Virus record (IMG/VR): IMGVR_UViG_3300028797_000009
Location: 1-64,000 of that record
DNA: 64,000 nt
Source of the DNA: a virus
Lineage: Duplodnaviria > Heunggongvirae > Uroviricota > Caudoviricetes
Strand: one strand, 5' to 3'
Shown here: positions 8,648-17,531 of the stretch, piece by piece
How the letters are laid out: the number at the start of each line of letters is the position of its first letter
Numbering within the stretch: the stretch's first letter is position 1
Made by a program: the position numbers and the translations under genes
The notes under the pieces: generated by a model
The model's input: the letters and a program-made list of their open reading frames with translations, nothing else
Database searches by the model: none
What the model was told of the DNA's origin: nothing

Positions 8648-9471
8648 AAACCAGTTATTTAGAAGATGCGAAAATTCTTGCTTTTGATTTGGAGGTGAGT
8701 CCTAATCGTGGCTGGTTTTATGGTCAGTATGATGTTTTACCTATTAAAATTGAGCAACCACCAATCCTGTTAGCGATGAGTTGGAAATGGATTGGAGAAA
8801 AGGGAAATCCACAAGGTTGTATTATTTCAGATTTTAACCAATCAGATAATTATGATGATTCTGGGATTGTAAGTCAATTATGGGATTTGTTGAATGAAGC
8901 GAATATCGTAGTCGCTCATAATGGTAAACGATTTGATGAGAAGGTAGCAAACGCCTTCTTCGTAAGGCATAATATGAAACCGCCTACGCCGTATCAATCA
9001 TTTGATACTCTCCAAACGGCTAGAAAATATTTCAAGTTCGATAATAATAAATTAGATTACTTAGGTAAATTGCTGGTTGGGGAAGGTAAGACTGATATAA
9101 CTTATGGTGATTGTTGGGATAAAATGCTCCACGGGACAAAAAAAGAAAAGAAAAAATATGGGGAATTAATGCGTCATTATTGCTGTAATGACGTTGTTTT
9201 ATTGGAAAAGATTTATTATAAACTCTTGCCTTGGGCTACAAATCACCCTAATGTTGCGTTGGCTGCTGGGGTAGAGTTTATCTGTCCTCGTTGTGGGAAT
9301 GATTCGGAATTTAGAGTTAAAGCGTATCGTAGAACGGGTGTTCAGGTTAATGCTATTCAGTATGAATGTATGAACTGTCATGGATATGTCACTAGACCTC
9401 TTACAAAAGAAGAGCGTGATGAAATGGATGATAGAGGATGTAGAAGGAGTGTCTATCGTAATCTGTCCTAG
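8644..9471 (+). CDS. DEDDh (DnaQ-like) 3'-5' exonuclease with C-terminal zinc ribbon
   Basis: Exo I FDLEVS, Exo II VAHNGKRFD, Exo III RHYCCND (H-x4-D). C-terminus CPRCGN...CMNCHG is a four-Cys ribbon. Confidence 0.55.
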   Translation: MKTSYLEDAKILAFDLEVSPNRGWFYGQYDVLPIKIEQPPILLAMSWKWIGEKGNPQGCIISDFNQSDNYDDSGIVSQLWDLLNEANIVVAHNGKRFDEKVANAFFVRHNMKPPTPYQSFDTLQTARKYFKFDNNKLDYLGKLLVGEGKTDITYGDCWDKMLHGTKKEKKKYGELMRHYCCNDVVLLEKIYYKLLPWATNHPNVALAAGVEFICPRCGNDSEFRVKAYRRTGVQVNAIQYECMNCHGYVTRPLTKEERDEMDDRGCRRSVYRNLS

Positions 9472-9572
9472 TGCTATACTAAAATTAGGAGAGATTATAA
9501 ATGGAAAAAGACGAAGAGCAAAAGGTCCTAAATATTCTAGCCGAAGAATTAAAGGAATGTAACGAAAAGTAG

Positions 9573-9601
9573 TTGATTTTCTAAGAATTTCCATATATAA
9601 T
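9573..9601 (+). promoter_or_regulatory. promoter (conserved family variant)
   Basis: TTGATTttctaagaatttcCATATATAATg. Confidence 0.4.
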
Positions 9602-9607
9602 GTAATT

Positions 9608-9735
9608 GTGATGGAAAAATCCAAAAAGGATTTTACAAACATCATTGGAGTTTAACCTCGTCGATTCGTCTCTCTAATCGAAGAGGAAACATGGAGGGAA
9701 ATTAACCCCAATGCGATAGGGGTTAATTTTAACTT
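9608..9735 (+). ncRNA. candidate short transcript / leader RNA ending in a strong terminator
   Basis: No ORF of 25 codons or more. Internal hairpin tcgattcgtctctctaatcga, then a terminal ttaaccccaatgcgataggggttaa stem followed by a T-run. Confidence 0.25.
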
Positions 9736-9801
9736 GATTTTTGAGATAAAATCATATATACTAAAAAGTAAGAAGTGGGAGTGTAAAGAGAAAGGAGTTA
9801 A

Positions 9802-9960
9802 ATGAAAAAACTAGGTCGTCCAAAGAAAGCAGACGAAGATAAAGTAAAAAATCATATTATTTCTATCGATTACGAAGATTATGTGAAAATTAGAGATTAC
9901 TGTTCTAGAAATAATATAATGATTAAGACTTTGATTTCAGAACTGATTGTGGATTTGTAA
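9802..9960 (+). CDS. small ribbon-helix-helix-like DNA-binding protein
   Basis: 52 aa (below the ORF-track cutoff): MKKLGRPKKADEDKVKNHIISIDYEDYVKIRDYCSRNNIMIKTLISELIVDL. The pattern (basic N-terminus, beta-strand, two helices) is typical of Arc/CopG. aaaggag RBS. Confidence 0.35.
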   Translation: MKKLGRPKKADEDKVKNHIISIDYEDYVKIRDYCSRNNIMIKTLISELIVDL

Positions 9961-9980
9961 TATGTTATCATCTTTTTTAG

Positions 9981-10262
9981 ATGATAAAAATAAAAAGACA
10001 AAAAATAACTTGGATAATCGAAGATTCTAGAATAGTGGCTTGTAATAAATATCAAGCGACTAGTTATAATTTATTAGGCTCTAATTCAAAAAAGGATTTG
10101 TTCTCGATGAAAGACGAGCTGTTAAAAATAGATGTTGGGAATAATTGGGTGGAAGTATTAGAGTTATCTGCTAAACACCATCTTACTGGTGTTTCGACAA
10201 GAGTAAATAAGGAGTGGCTAGATGGAGAGGACTCAATATTGGAAAAATGTCTTGACTTATAA
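9981..10262 (+). CDS. hypothetical protein
   Basis: 93-aa ORF. Confidence 0.35.
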   Translation: MIKIKRQKITWIIEDSRIVACNKYQATSYNLLGSNSKKDLFSMKDELLKIDVGNNWVEVLELSAKHHLTGVSTRVNKEWLDGEDSILEKCLDL

Positions 10263-10584
10263 TAAGTTGCAAACTACTGTTTTAATTTTAGAAAAATTGT
10301 CCGAAGAAGAGATAGAATTTATCGAAAATAATAAACTGGTTCATTTTTTGTTGGTTAATCAGGATAATAACTTAAATTTTAGTAATGTGTTGTATGTTCG
10401 GGAAGGCTATTCTCCTGATAACTTAAAAAATATAAATTATTGCTTTTATCGTGGGAATGATAAAAATGTATTGTTTCCTGTTCTTTCTTCAGGAATTTCT
10501 GTAATTGATGATTTGTCTAAAATTGGAGAACAGACTAGTCTAGAAAGAATCGATAATTTTGAGTTGGCTACCTCTATTGTTTGA
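10222..10584 (+). CDS. hypothetical protein
   Basis: 120-aa ORF. Confidence 0.4.
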   Translation: MERTQYWKNVLTYNKLQTTVLILEKLSEEEIEFIENNKLVHFLLVNQDNNLNFSNVLYVREGYSPDNLKNINYCFYRGNDKNVLFPVLSSGISVIDDLSKIGEQTSLERIDNFELATSIV

Positions 10585-11209
10585 CACCAATATAAATAAA
10601 AACTACAATCAAATTATGGAATATCTAGTATTTGATATTAAGACCGAACAACATCTAAAAAATGTGAAAGCTAGTCTTGTAAATATGACTCCTGAATTTA
10701 ATAGCCAGACGAATATTTTAATTTGTGTGGAAGATGAGAGTTTATTCTTGGATGTAAGGAGTGTTAGAGAATTCTTGGTGCCAGGGTTGTATGGTGAAAT
10801 TTTAATCTCTTTTACTAAAAATTTTGTAGATGAAGTTAAAGAAAATATCCTTGGAGCAAATGGGGATATTATTTTTATAAAACCAGAGCATGTTTTAGGT
10901 TATGGGGCTTACAAGAAGTTCTTGTTGGATAGTATGGTTTATAAGTATGGTCTTATCGCTTGCCAAACGCATAATAAGTGCTTAAAATCTGATGATTTGT
11001 ATGATGAGTTAAATATTCACGAAGAAGATTTGAGCGAGTCTGTTTCTAATGGTGTGTATTATATTGATAATACTAAGGATTGTAGTTTTATGATTAAGGC
11101 AGAAAATTTACGGTATTGGTTAGATGATGGTAATCTAGGTATCTACTTAAAACGGTTGGGGTATCAGAATTATGTCGATAAAGATATACCCGTCAAGGAG
11201 GTAAAATAA
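10559..11209 (+). CDS. hypothetical protein
   Basis: 216-aa ORF. Confidence 0.45.
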   Translation: MSWLPLLFDTNINKNYNQIMEYLVFDIKTEQHLKNVKASLVNMTPEFNSQTNILICVEDESLFLDVRSVREFLVPGLYGEILISFTKNFVDEVKENILGANGDIIFIKPEHVLGYGAYKKFLLDSMVYKYGLIACQTHNKCLKSDDLYDELNIHEEDLSESVSNGVYYIDNTKDCSFMIKAENLRYWLDDGNLGIYLKRLGYQNYVDKDIPVKEVK

Positions 11210-11211
11210 AA

Positions 11212-12084
11212 ATGCAGAAAATCATAATGTTGAAAGGATTGCCGGCTTCGGGGAAGAGTACTTGGGCTAGGCAAATGGTGCTGGATAATACCTCATTTGT
11301 GAGGGTTAGCAAGGATGATATTAGAAAAGATTTCTTGGGGGCTTATTCACAAAAGAAAGAGAAATTAGTCTTAAAATTGCGGGATTGTATTATTTTAGAA
11401 TCATTGAAAAACAAAAAGAGTGTGATTGTAGATGATACAAATTTGAACCCTATTCACGAGGAGCATTTAAGACAACTAGCAAAAGAAAATAATGTTGGGT
11501 TCGAGGTGAATGAATCCTTCCTAAAAGTAAGCCCAGAGGAGTGTGTAAAAAGAGATTTGGGCCGTCTAGATTCGGTTGGGGAAAGAGTCATTTATAAGAT
11601 GTATTATGATTATCTTGCCCCTGACCCGATTGTAAAAATTGAAAAAAGCAAAAAACCACGCTGTGTAATCTGTGATATTGATGGGACTTTGGCTCATAAT
11701 TTGAGTGGAAGAAATATCTATGATTACAGTCGGATTAAAGAAGATACCCCTGACCCATTGGTCTGTGCTGTGATTGACGCTTTGGATTTTACTTTTGGTG
11801 AGGATTATTTAGATATTATTATTGTTTCGGGTAGGGATGATTCCTGTCAACAAGAAACAGAAGAATGGTTAGAGAATAATGATATTCCTTATACCGCCCT
11901 GTTGATGCGTGAAACTGGGGATAAGAGAGATGATGCTGTTGTAAAAGAGGAAATCTATCATAAATATATTGAGCCGAATTATTGTGTTCTTGGCGTGATT
12001 GATGATAGGAATCGAGTAGTGCGTAAATGGGAATCGTTAGGCCTTAAAGTGATGAAGGTAGGAGGTTTATATAATGAGTTCTAA
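11212..12084 (+). CDS. pnk: Polynucleotide 5'-kinase / 3'-phosphatase (T4 Pnk-like)
   Basis: 290 aa. N-terminal P-loop LKGLPASGKSTWARQM is the kinase part. C-terminal HAD motif CVICDIDGTLAHN (DxDGT) and later VSGRDD form the phosphatase part. Architecture matches T4 Pnkp. Confidence 0.75.
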   Translation: MQKIIMLKGLPASGKSTWARQMVLDNTSFVRVSKDDIRKDFLGAYSQKKEKLVLKLRDCIILESLKNKKSVIVDDTNLNPIHEEHLRQLAKENNVGFEVNESFLKVSPEECVKRDLGRLDSVGERVIYKMYYDYLAPDPIVKIEKSKKPRCVICDIDGTLAHNLSGRNIYDYSRIKEDTPDPLVCAVIDALDFTFGEDYLDIIIVSGRDDSCQQETEEWLENNDIPYTALLMRETGDKRDDAVVKEEIYHKYIEPNYCVLGVIDDRNRVVRKWESLGLKVMKVGGLYNEF

Positions 12085-12280
12085 AGATGATAAAGATGGT
12101 AGGATTAAAGAGTTAGAAAATAAGATTGCTCTTCTTGAAAAAGATTTAGAGATTGAGCGATTAAAAAATAAAATTAATGTGTTAGAGAAAGAACAGGAGC
12201 ATAAGGTGCTTCCTTGGGAAATCATCGATAATGGAGGGGGGAGAAGGAAATATCCGCCGTGGCCAGAGGTATGGGTATAA
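12074..12280 (+). CDS. hypothetical coiled-coil protein
   Basis: 68 aa, heptad-rich: IKELENKIALLEKDLEIERLKNKINVLEKE. Confidence 0.4.
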   Translation: MSSKDDKDGRIKELENKIALLEKDLEIERLKNKINVLEKEQEHKVLPWEIIDNGGGRRKYPPWPEVWV

Positions 12281-12498
12281 GAGATAAGAAAACAAAAAAA
12301 GAATTTGTCCGGTATTTAAGAAACTGTAAAAGTCAGAGATTTTTTCAGGCAGTAGTGAATTTTACGAAGGAAAATTTGGACTCTGATATAAAATCGGTTT
12401 ATGCTGGGAAAGACACGGTTTCTATGACGGGTAAAATCGGGAATAAATACGAGGATACATTTTTTTGGGAGTGTGATGATAAACTCGGAAGAAATTGA
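12259..12498 (+). CDS. hypothetical protein
   Basis: 79-aa ORF. Confidence 0.35.
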   Translation: MARGMGIRDKKTKKEFVRYLRNCKSQRFFQAVVNFTKENLDSDIKSVYAGKDTVSMTGKIGNKYEDTFFWECDDKLGRN

Positions 12499-13198
12499 TG
12501 TTGTTTATGTATTCAAAAATGTAGGCAGCACAGAGGAGTTGAAATATTCTATTCGTTCCGTTGCTGAAAATTGGCCTCATAGAAAAATCTGGATTATCGG
12601 GGATAGACCAATCTGGATTAATGATAATGTGGGTTTTATTAGGACTTATGGGAATAATAAAAATCGGTACAGTGATGTGAATAGTAAACTTCGGTTCGCT
12701 TGTAGGGATAGGAGAATTTCGAATCCATTTTGGTTGTTTAATGATGATTTCTTTATATTGGATAAAATGGATGTATCTTCCTATAAAGTGTTTTATGAAG
12801 GAACATTAGAAGAAAAAGAACAAAGATTGAGGAATAAGTTCCCTAGTTTGAAGACTTGGAGGTATGTTGAGGGGTTTCCTTATGCTAAGAAGGTGCTTAA
12901 AATTAATAAATGCTCCTCATTCAAAAATTTTGAAACCCACGTCCCAATGTTAATTTATAAGAAGGAGATGAAAAAAGTTCTTGATGCTTATCCAGATTGC
13001 GTATGTCGTAGGTCTATTTATATGAATTTGTATCATCAAGACGAAGGCGAGCCTCATTGTGATGTAAAGAGATATGAAAAAAATAGCATAGTGAGGATGG
13101 ATGACGTGCTTGTTTCGACTGACGAAAATACATTTAAGGGGCAAGTTGGAGATTATATAAAAAATAAATTTAATAAAAGGAGTATATATGAACGATAA
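12473..13198 (+). CDS. Stealth-family-like sugar-phosphate transferase (putative)
   Basis: 241 aa. DVVYVFKNVGS resembles Stealth CR1. EELKYSIRSVAENWPHRKIWIIGD resembles CR2 (ELRYSLRS..PW.RKI.IVT). FETHVPMLIYKK resembles CR3 (THxP). Confidence 0.4.
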   Translation: MMINSEEIDVVYVFKNVGSTEELKYSIRSVAENWPHRKIWIIGDRPIWINDNVGFIRTYGNNKNRYSDVNSKLRFACRDRRISNPFWLFNDDFFILDKMDVSSYKVFYEGTLEEKEQRLRNKFPSLKTWRYVEGFPYAKKVLKINKCSSFKNFETHVPMLIYKKEMKKVLDAYPDCVCRRSIYMNLYHQDEGEPHCDVKRYEKNSIVRMDDVLVSTDENTFKGQVGDYIKNKFNKRSIYER

Positions 13199-13219
13199 TG
13201 AAAAAAAGATGAGATAGTT

Positions 13220-13420
13220 TTGGATGAGAAGGATGTAAAAATCCAGGAATTAGAAAATCAGTTGAATGGTTTGAACGCCGCTTATGAAAGTCTAAATTCA
13301 AGTTTCAATAGTATTCTAAATATGTTTAGGTTTACGGTAGGTATTGCCTATAATGCCCATCCAGATAACGATAAAATTAGGGCTATGGTGGATAAATTAT
13401 TTACGATTGAAGGGGAATAA
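13220..13420 (+). CDS. hypothetical protein
   Basis: 66-aa ORF. Confidence 0.4.
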   Translation: MDEKDVKIQELENQLNGLNAAYESLNSSFNSILNMFRFTVGIAYNAHPDNDKIRAMVDKLFTIEGE

Positions 13421-13558
13421 TGGACGATAAAACACCTATTGGTATAGATAATTCTGGTCAGATTGTGGTTAAGAACCGTGCGTATAGAAGGCGTTGGAGA
13501 AATAGGGCAGAATTAGAAGGATTAAAAAGTAAAAAATTTTATACGAAGAAGAGGAATA

Positions 13559-13891
13559 ATGGAAAAAAATCTAGAAATAGCAAGAAATATTCTAAATAAG
13601 ATTGTTAAGAAGTTGGGCCGAAGTGATTTGGATTGGACCGTCCAGGTTAGTATCCATTCGTTGAAGCCAAACGTGGTGAATTATTGTGCTCAAATCGAGG
13701 CGCCGGCAAATGGTTTACAACCGATTACTTGGATTAAAGGTTCTTGGGAAGAATTAATTGAGGCATTGAAAATTTCTGAAAAGGGTTTAGACCAGGAAGC
13801 AGTAGAAAAGGCTTGGCATGAAGCCGAGATTGAAAGAGCAAAAGCCCTTATTAAATATCACGAGGAGTGTTTGAAGTCTAACGAAAGTTAG
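13559..13891 (+). CDS. hypothetical protein
   Basis: 110-aa ORF. A basic 59-aa alternative ORF at 13420..13599 overlaps its start. Confidence 0.45.
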   Translation: MEKNLEIARNILNKIVKKLGRSDLDWTVQVSIHSLKPNVVNYCAQIEAPANGLQPITWIKGSWEELIEALKISEKGLDQEAVEKAWHEAEIERAKALIKYHEECLKSNES

Positions 13892-13933
13892 AGTATAATA
13901 GAGGAGTAAATTTAATGCCAAGGAGGAAATCAG

Positions 13934-14299
13934 ATGGCAACAAATACAGTAGTCCTCGAAGGACGTTTAACAAAAAAACCAGAAATCAAAGCAACAAGTT
14001 CGGGAAAGAAAGTGTGTTCTTTCACTCTTGCGAATGATAAGAGGGGAAAAGAAGATACAAATTTCATTGATTGTACGGCTTGGGAAGGTCGTGGCGAAAC
14101 GATTGCTAAATACTTTGATAAAGGTAGCCAGATTGTAATTACCGGTCATTTGGACCAGCAAGTCTGGGAAAAAGATGGTCAAAAGCGAAGTAGACTAGAA
14201 GTCGTAGTAGATGATTTCAGTTTTATCGGTAAGCGTGAAGGGAAGAGCGAAGAAACTTCTTCTGATGACCATATTGATATTTCAGAGATTCCTTTCTAG
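13934..14299 (+). CDS. ssb: Single-stranded DNA-binding protein (SSB)
   Basis: 121 aa. OB-fold pattern VVLEGRLTKKPEIK...FIDCTAWEGRGE...VITGHL and an acidic tail ending DDHIDISEIPF (DIPF-type SSB C-terminus). Confidence 0.8.
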   Translation: MATNTVVLEGRLTKKPEIKATSSGKKVCSFTLANDKRGKEDTNFIDCTAWEGRGETIAKYFDKGSQIVITGHLDQQVWEKDGQKRSRLEVVVDDFSFIGKREGKSEETSSDDHIDISEIPF

Positions 14300-14319
14300 A
14301 TTGATAATACGAGAAAAAT

Positions 14320-14346
14320 AGCCCTCAGAAATGGGGGTTATTTTTT
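14320..14346 (+). terminator. rho-independent terminator
   Basis: aaaaatagccc tcagaaatg ggggttatttttt; the symmetric A/T flanks suggest it could work in both directions. Confidence 0.5.
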
Positions 14347-14443
14347 GTGTGATATAATAGCGGCAGTTTTAGCCTTCCCCAGATGCTAAACGGAAACACT
14401 CTGGAATGAGTTAAACAGAAACAGCAAAATAATAGGAGAAGAT

Positions 14444-15070
14444 ATGAAAAGTCTTAAAGACGTTAAGATGGGTTGGGTAGCAGTTACCGCCATCGTTTCT
14501 TATGCGATTATCGCCGTGGTTACGGATATGTTCGCAAATAAAATGTTAAACATAGGTGGTCTAACCCTTGCTGGTGGTATTCTTTTGATTCCATTCAGTT
14601 TTACGATTAGGGATTTGATTCACAAGCAAATTGGCTTCAAGAATGTGAAGAAGGTAGTATGGGTTACTGCTTTAGTAAATCTTGTAGTAGCAATTTTGTT
14701 AATTGTTTTGGATTTGATTCCATCGGCGGTTCCTGGGCAACAGGAAGCATGGCATTCCCTTATGGGTGCTTCGTGGCGAGTAATTATTGCGTCATTTATT
14801 GCTCAGTTAGTGGCTGACCTTGGTAATACCTATGTCTATCAATGGGTGTGGGATAAATTAGGTAATAAACATGTATGGTTGAGAACTGTGGTTTCTAACC
14901 TTCCAGCAACATTCTTGGATTCAGCATTGTTTAGTTATATTGCCTTCTTGGGTGTATTGCCAGCAGATATTATCTGGGCTTCGGTGTTAAGTTCGTTCTT
15001 GGTAAAGTATGTGTTGTCGTTAGTAGCAACTCCGTTGACATATTTGAGCGAAGATAAAAAGAAGAAATAA
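14444..15070 (+). CDS. YhhQ/DUF165-family queuosine-precursor (preQ0/preQ1) transporter-like membrane protein
   Basis: 208 aa, multi-TM. DMFANKMLNIGGLTLAGGILLIPFSFTIRDLIHKQIG resembles the YhhQ core. It sits directly upstream of the queC/dpdA genes. Confidence 0.5.
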   Translation: MKSLKDVKMGWVAVTAIVSYAIIAVVTDMFANKMLNIGGLTLAGGILLIPFSFTIRDLIHKQIGFKNVKKVVWVTALVNLVVAILLIVLDLIPSAVPGQQEAWHSLMGASWRVIIASFIAQLVADLGNTYVYQWVWDKLGNKHVWLRTVVSNLPATFLDSALFSYIAFLGVLPADIIWASVLSSFLVKYVLSLVATPLTYLSEDKKKK

Positions 15071-15095
15071 AACTAACTAATCTGGGGTATAATTT

Positions 15096-15368
15096 ATGGA
15101 TATTTTAGAAATTTTCGGTTTATTGGCTACGATTACGGTGTTCGTATCGTTTTTGCCAAAAAATATTAAGTTTATTAGATGGGCGAATTTAATTGGAAGT
15201 GTCTTTTTCGTAATCTATGGTTTCGGGATTGGTGCTTTTTGGACGGGCTTTATGAATGCTTGTTTGATTTTCGTTCAGTTGTATCATCTATTTAAGATTT
15301 ATAAAGGAGAGAAAAAGTGCCAGGCAAAATCAACTCGCTCTCGGAAGAAGAGCAAAAAAGTTATCTAA
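15096..15368 (+). CDS. small membrane protein (hypothetical)
   Basis: 90 aa with two hydrophobic helices; overlaps the next gene by 52 nt. Confidence 0.35.
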   Translation: MDILEIFGLLATITVFVSFLPKNIKFIRWANLIGSVFFVIYGFGIGAFWTGFMNACLIFVQLYHLFKIYKGEKKCQAKSTRSRKKSKKVI

Positions 15369-15694
15369 ATAATACTTATGGGATTTCCTCAATTAAATTA
15401 TATGAGGAGATTCAACATAAATGCCCTCTTGGTGAGCAAGTAGGTGTCACAAAATATGAGATGACAATTCGCCCAGGTAAGAAGTTGGCTGAATTTATCG
15501 CTCTCCATTGGGAGATTCAAGAGATGATGGGACAAACCTTTACGCTTGAAAGTGGTGCGGCGAGAGTAATGGAAATTGTTAAAAAGTATTATTCAGACGC
15601 AAAAGAGATTAAAGTAAAAGCATCCTGCCCAACGAATAGGCATATGGCAGTTGATGTAGAAGTGGAATATAAGAATGAAAGTTCAACTTTATAG
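15317..15694 (+). CDS. QueF-like T-fold protein (possible QueF-L type)
   Basis: GTG start with aaaggagag RBS. HKCPLGEQVGVTKYEMTIRP lines up with the QueF CP.TGQPD...IEYIP region, but the E(S/L)K(S/A)hK NADPH motif is absent, as in QueF-L. Confidence 0.3.
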   Translation: MPGKINSLSEEEQKSYLNNTYGISSIKLYEEIQHKCPLGEQVGVTKYEMTIRPGKKLAEFIALHWEIQEMMGQTFTLESGAARVMEIVKKYYSDAKEIKVKASCPTNRHMAVDVEVEYKNESSTL

Positions 15695-16382
15695 TGGGGG
15701 GATGGATTCTTGGTTAATTAGCCATTTATGGAAGCCAGACTTAAAAATCTATATTGATATTCATGGGGATTATAGCGAGGCAGAAAAGAAAAGGTTGCCG
15801 GATGATGTAAAGATTATCGATATGCCACTTTTGGGGGAATTTGAATTACCAAACAAATTCGTTCCGTTGAGAAATCTCTATTTTATAATGATTGCTTCTC
15901 ACTATGGTGATGAGATTTGTCTTGGAGCAACTGCTGGTGATGGTAGTAAAGATAAAAATCTCGACTTTTTGAATTATATGGAAGATTTGCTCAACTTCTT
16001 CTGGAATGATAAAAAAGTTCATAAGACACTAAAAGTTGAGAAGAGATTTGCGAAGATGAGTAAGGGGGAGATTCTTCGGGAGTATCTAAAAATGGGTGGT
16101 TCGATTGAGGATGTGAGGAGAGAGTCTTTCTCTTGTTACACCCCTATTGATGACAAAGAGTGTTTTGATTGCTATCCTTGTTTCCGTAAGTTCGCTATGC
16201 TTCTTGCGAATGGTTGCGAGTATTCAGATGAAGAAATGGCGAAGATGTGGGATTTTGTCCAAAGAAAAATTATCCCAACAAAAGAGGAAGGCGGGTACGA
16301 AGGTACTTACTATACTGACCGTGGAGAAGAAAGTAAGGATTTGATAAAAGCAGTTGAAATGCTTAAAGAAAAGTATGCCTAA
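15675..16382 (+). CDS. queC: 7-cyano-7-deazaguanine synthase QueC-like
   Basis: 235 aa. PP-loop VQLYSGGMDS. C-terminal zinc-binding cluster CYTPIDDKECFDCYPCFRKFAML (four Cys, as in QueC). Confidence 0.7.
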   Translation: MKVQLYSGGMDSWLISHLWKPDLKIYIDIHGDYSEAEKKRLPDDVKIIDMPLLGEFELPNKFVPLRNLYFIMIASHYGDEICLGATAGDGSKDKNLDFLNYMEDLLNFFWNDKKVHKTLKVEKRFAKMSKGEILREYLKMGGSIEDVRRESFSCYTPIDDKECFDCYPCFRKFAMLLANGCEYSDEEMAKMWDFVQRKIIPTKEEGGYEGTYYTDRGEESKDLIKAVEMLKEKYA

Positions 16383-16710
16383 AATCGTAGCGATAGATTA
16401 TGATGATACCCTGACGGAGTATAGGCCGTTTCCAGAAACTGCTCCGTTCAGGGAAGAGGTGTTCGATTATATCCCCTTGCTAGCCGAGAAATACACGCTT
16501 GTATTATGGACGGCTCGTGAGGGGGTTTATTATGATGAATGTGTTAAGAGATTAGAAGAAGTCGGACTTTTAGATTATATTCAGTTAGATAATGATAAAT
16601 TCAAACACGGTAAAACTGGGAAAATTGTAGCCGATTACTATATAGACGATAAAGCCCTCTTTGGTATAATTGACTGGAAAGAAATTTATGAATATCTGAT
16701 GGAGGTTTAA
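16354..16710 (+). CDS. small HAD-superfamily phosphatase-like protein
   Basis: 118 aa. Motif I IVAIDYDDTLTE (DxDxT); later VLWTAREG. Confidence 0.4.
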   Translation: MKCLKKSMPKIVAIDYDDTLTEYRPFPETAPFREEVFDYIPLLAEKYTLVLWTAREGVYYDECVKRLEEVGLLDYIQLDNDKFKHGKTGKIVADYYIDDKALFGIIDWKEIYEYLMEV

Positions 16711-17531
16711 TGCTTTTATTCTTTGCTGGGGCTGAGGGGGATGATTTTGTAAAAATACTTCGGGATAATGGTGTTACTAATGCTCTCGAAAGTTTTTGGT
16801 CTCTAAAAATGAAGAACCCATGTCATCATCGTATATTTGAGAATCATCTGTTGGATTCGGGTGGTTTTGCTGCTAGGCAGCGTGGTGTGGAAGTTGATGT
16901 CGTAAAGTATGCTGAATATATTAAAAAATATGATGTGAAGTTTGCGTTTAATCTGGATGTGCGTGATTTAGATATTAGTTTGGCTAATCAGCGTTATTTA
17001 GAGAAGAATACTAATGCGTATATTATTCCGATTTATCACGGTCCGGAATGGGTGAATGAAGATACTAGGGATTTGTTGGAGTATTATATCGAGTTCTATC
17101 CATATATCGGGCTTGGTGGTATTGCTGGGAAAGAAACTGGTAAGCAAAATTTGGAGAGGTTTCTAAATTATGTGTTCAAGAGGACTAGGGACAAAACTAT
17201 GGTCCACGGCTTAGGTGTTACAAGTAAGAGGATGTTATATAATTATCCATTTGCGACTTGTGATTCTACGAGTTGGCTTGCCGTTAGCCAATATGGGAGA
17301 AGTGCTGTATATAGCGAAAATATGAGCAGGGTTCGTAACAAGCGTTTGAATTGGAAAGAGCGTATATTTGATGATGTTGTCTTTTATAAAAATTTGAATG
17401 ATGAGATTACGAGAATTTGGAAGAAAAGAGGGGTAAATTGGGGGGATAAATTAGACTATGAAAAATTAATTTCTATGAGGAAAGAAGCACCAAGTTATAG
17501 AGAATGGAAAGAAGGAAGAAATGCGAAATAA
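16710..17531 (+). CDS. dpdA: tRNA-guanine transglycosylase-like protein (DpdA-like 7-deazaguanine DNA transglycosylase)
   Basis: 273 aa. HLLDSGGFAA matches the TGT catalytic DSGGFQ motif; YIGLGGIAG matches the TGT substrate-pocket GLAVGG. No CxCxxC..H zinc site, as in phage and bacterial DpdA. Confidence 0.6.
   Translation: MLLFFAGAEGDDFVKILRDNGVTNALESFWSLKMKNPCHHRIFENHLLDSGGFAARQRGVEVDVVKYAEYIKKYDVKFAFNLDVRDLDISLANQRYLEKNTNAYIIPIYHGPEWVNEDTRDLLEYYIEFYPYIGLGGIAGKETGKQNLERFLNYVFKRTRDKTMVHGLGVTSKRMLYNYPFATCDSTSWLAVSQYGRSAVYSENMSRVRNKRLNWKERIFDDVVFYKNLNDEITRIWKKRGVNWGDKLDYEKLISMRKEAPSYREWKEGRNAK

Noticed and set aside
14350-14443. Possible preQ1 riboswitch upstream of the YhhQ-like transporter
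   Set aside because: The leader has a small hairpin (ccaga..tctgg) and an A-rich tail, but I could not find the conserved preQ1-I loop or tail sequence. I report it only as an unexplained leader.
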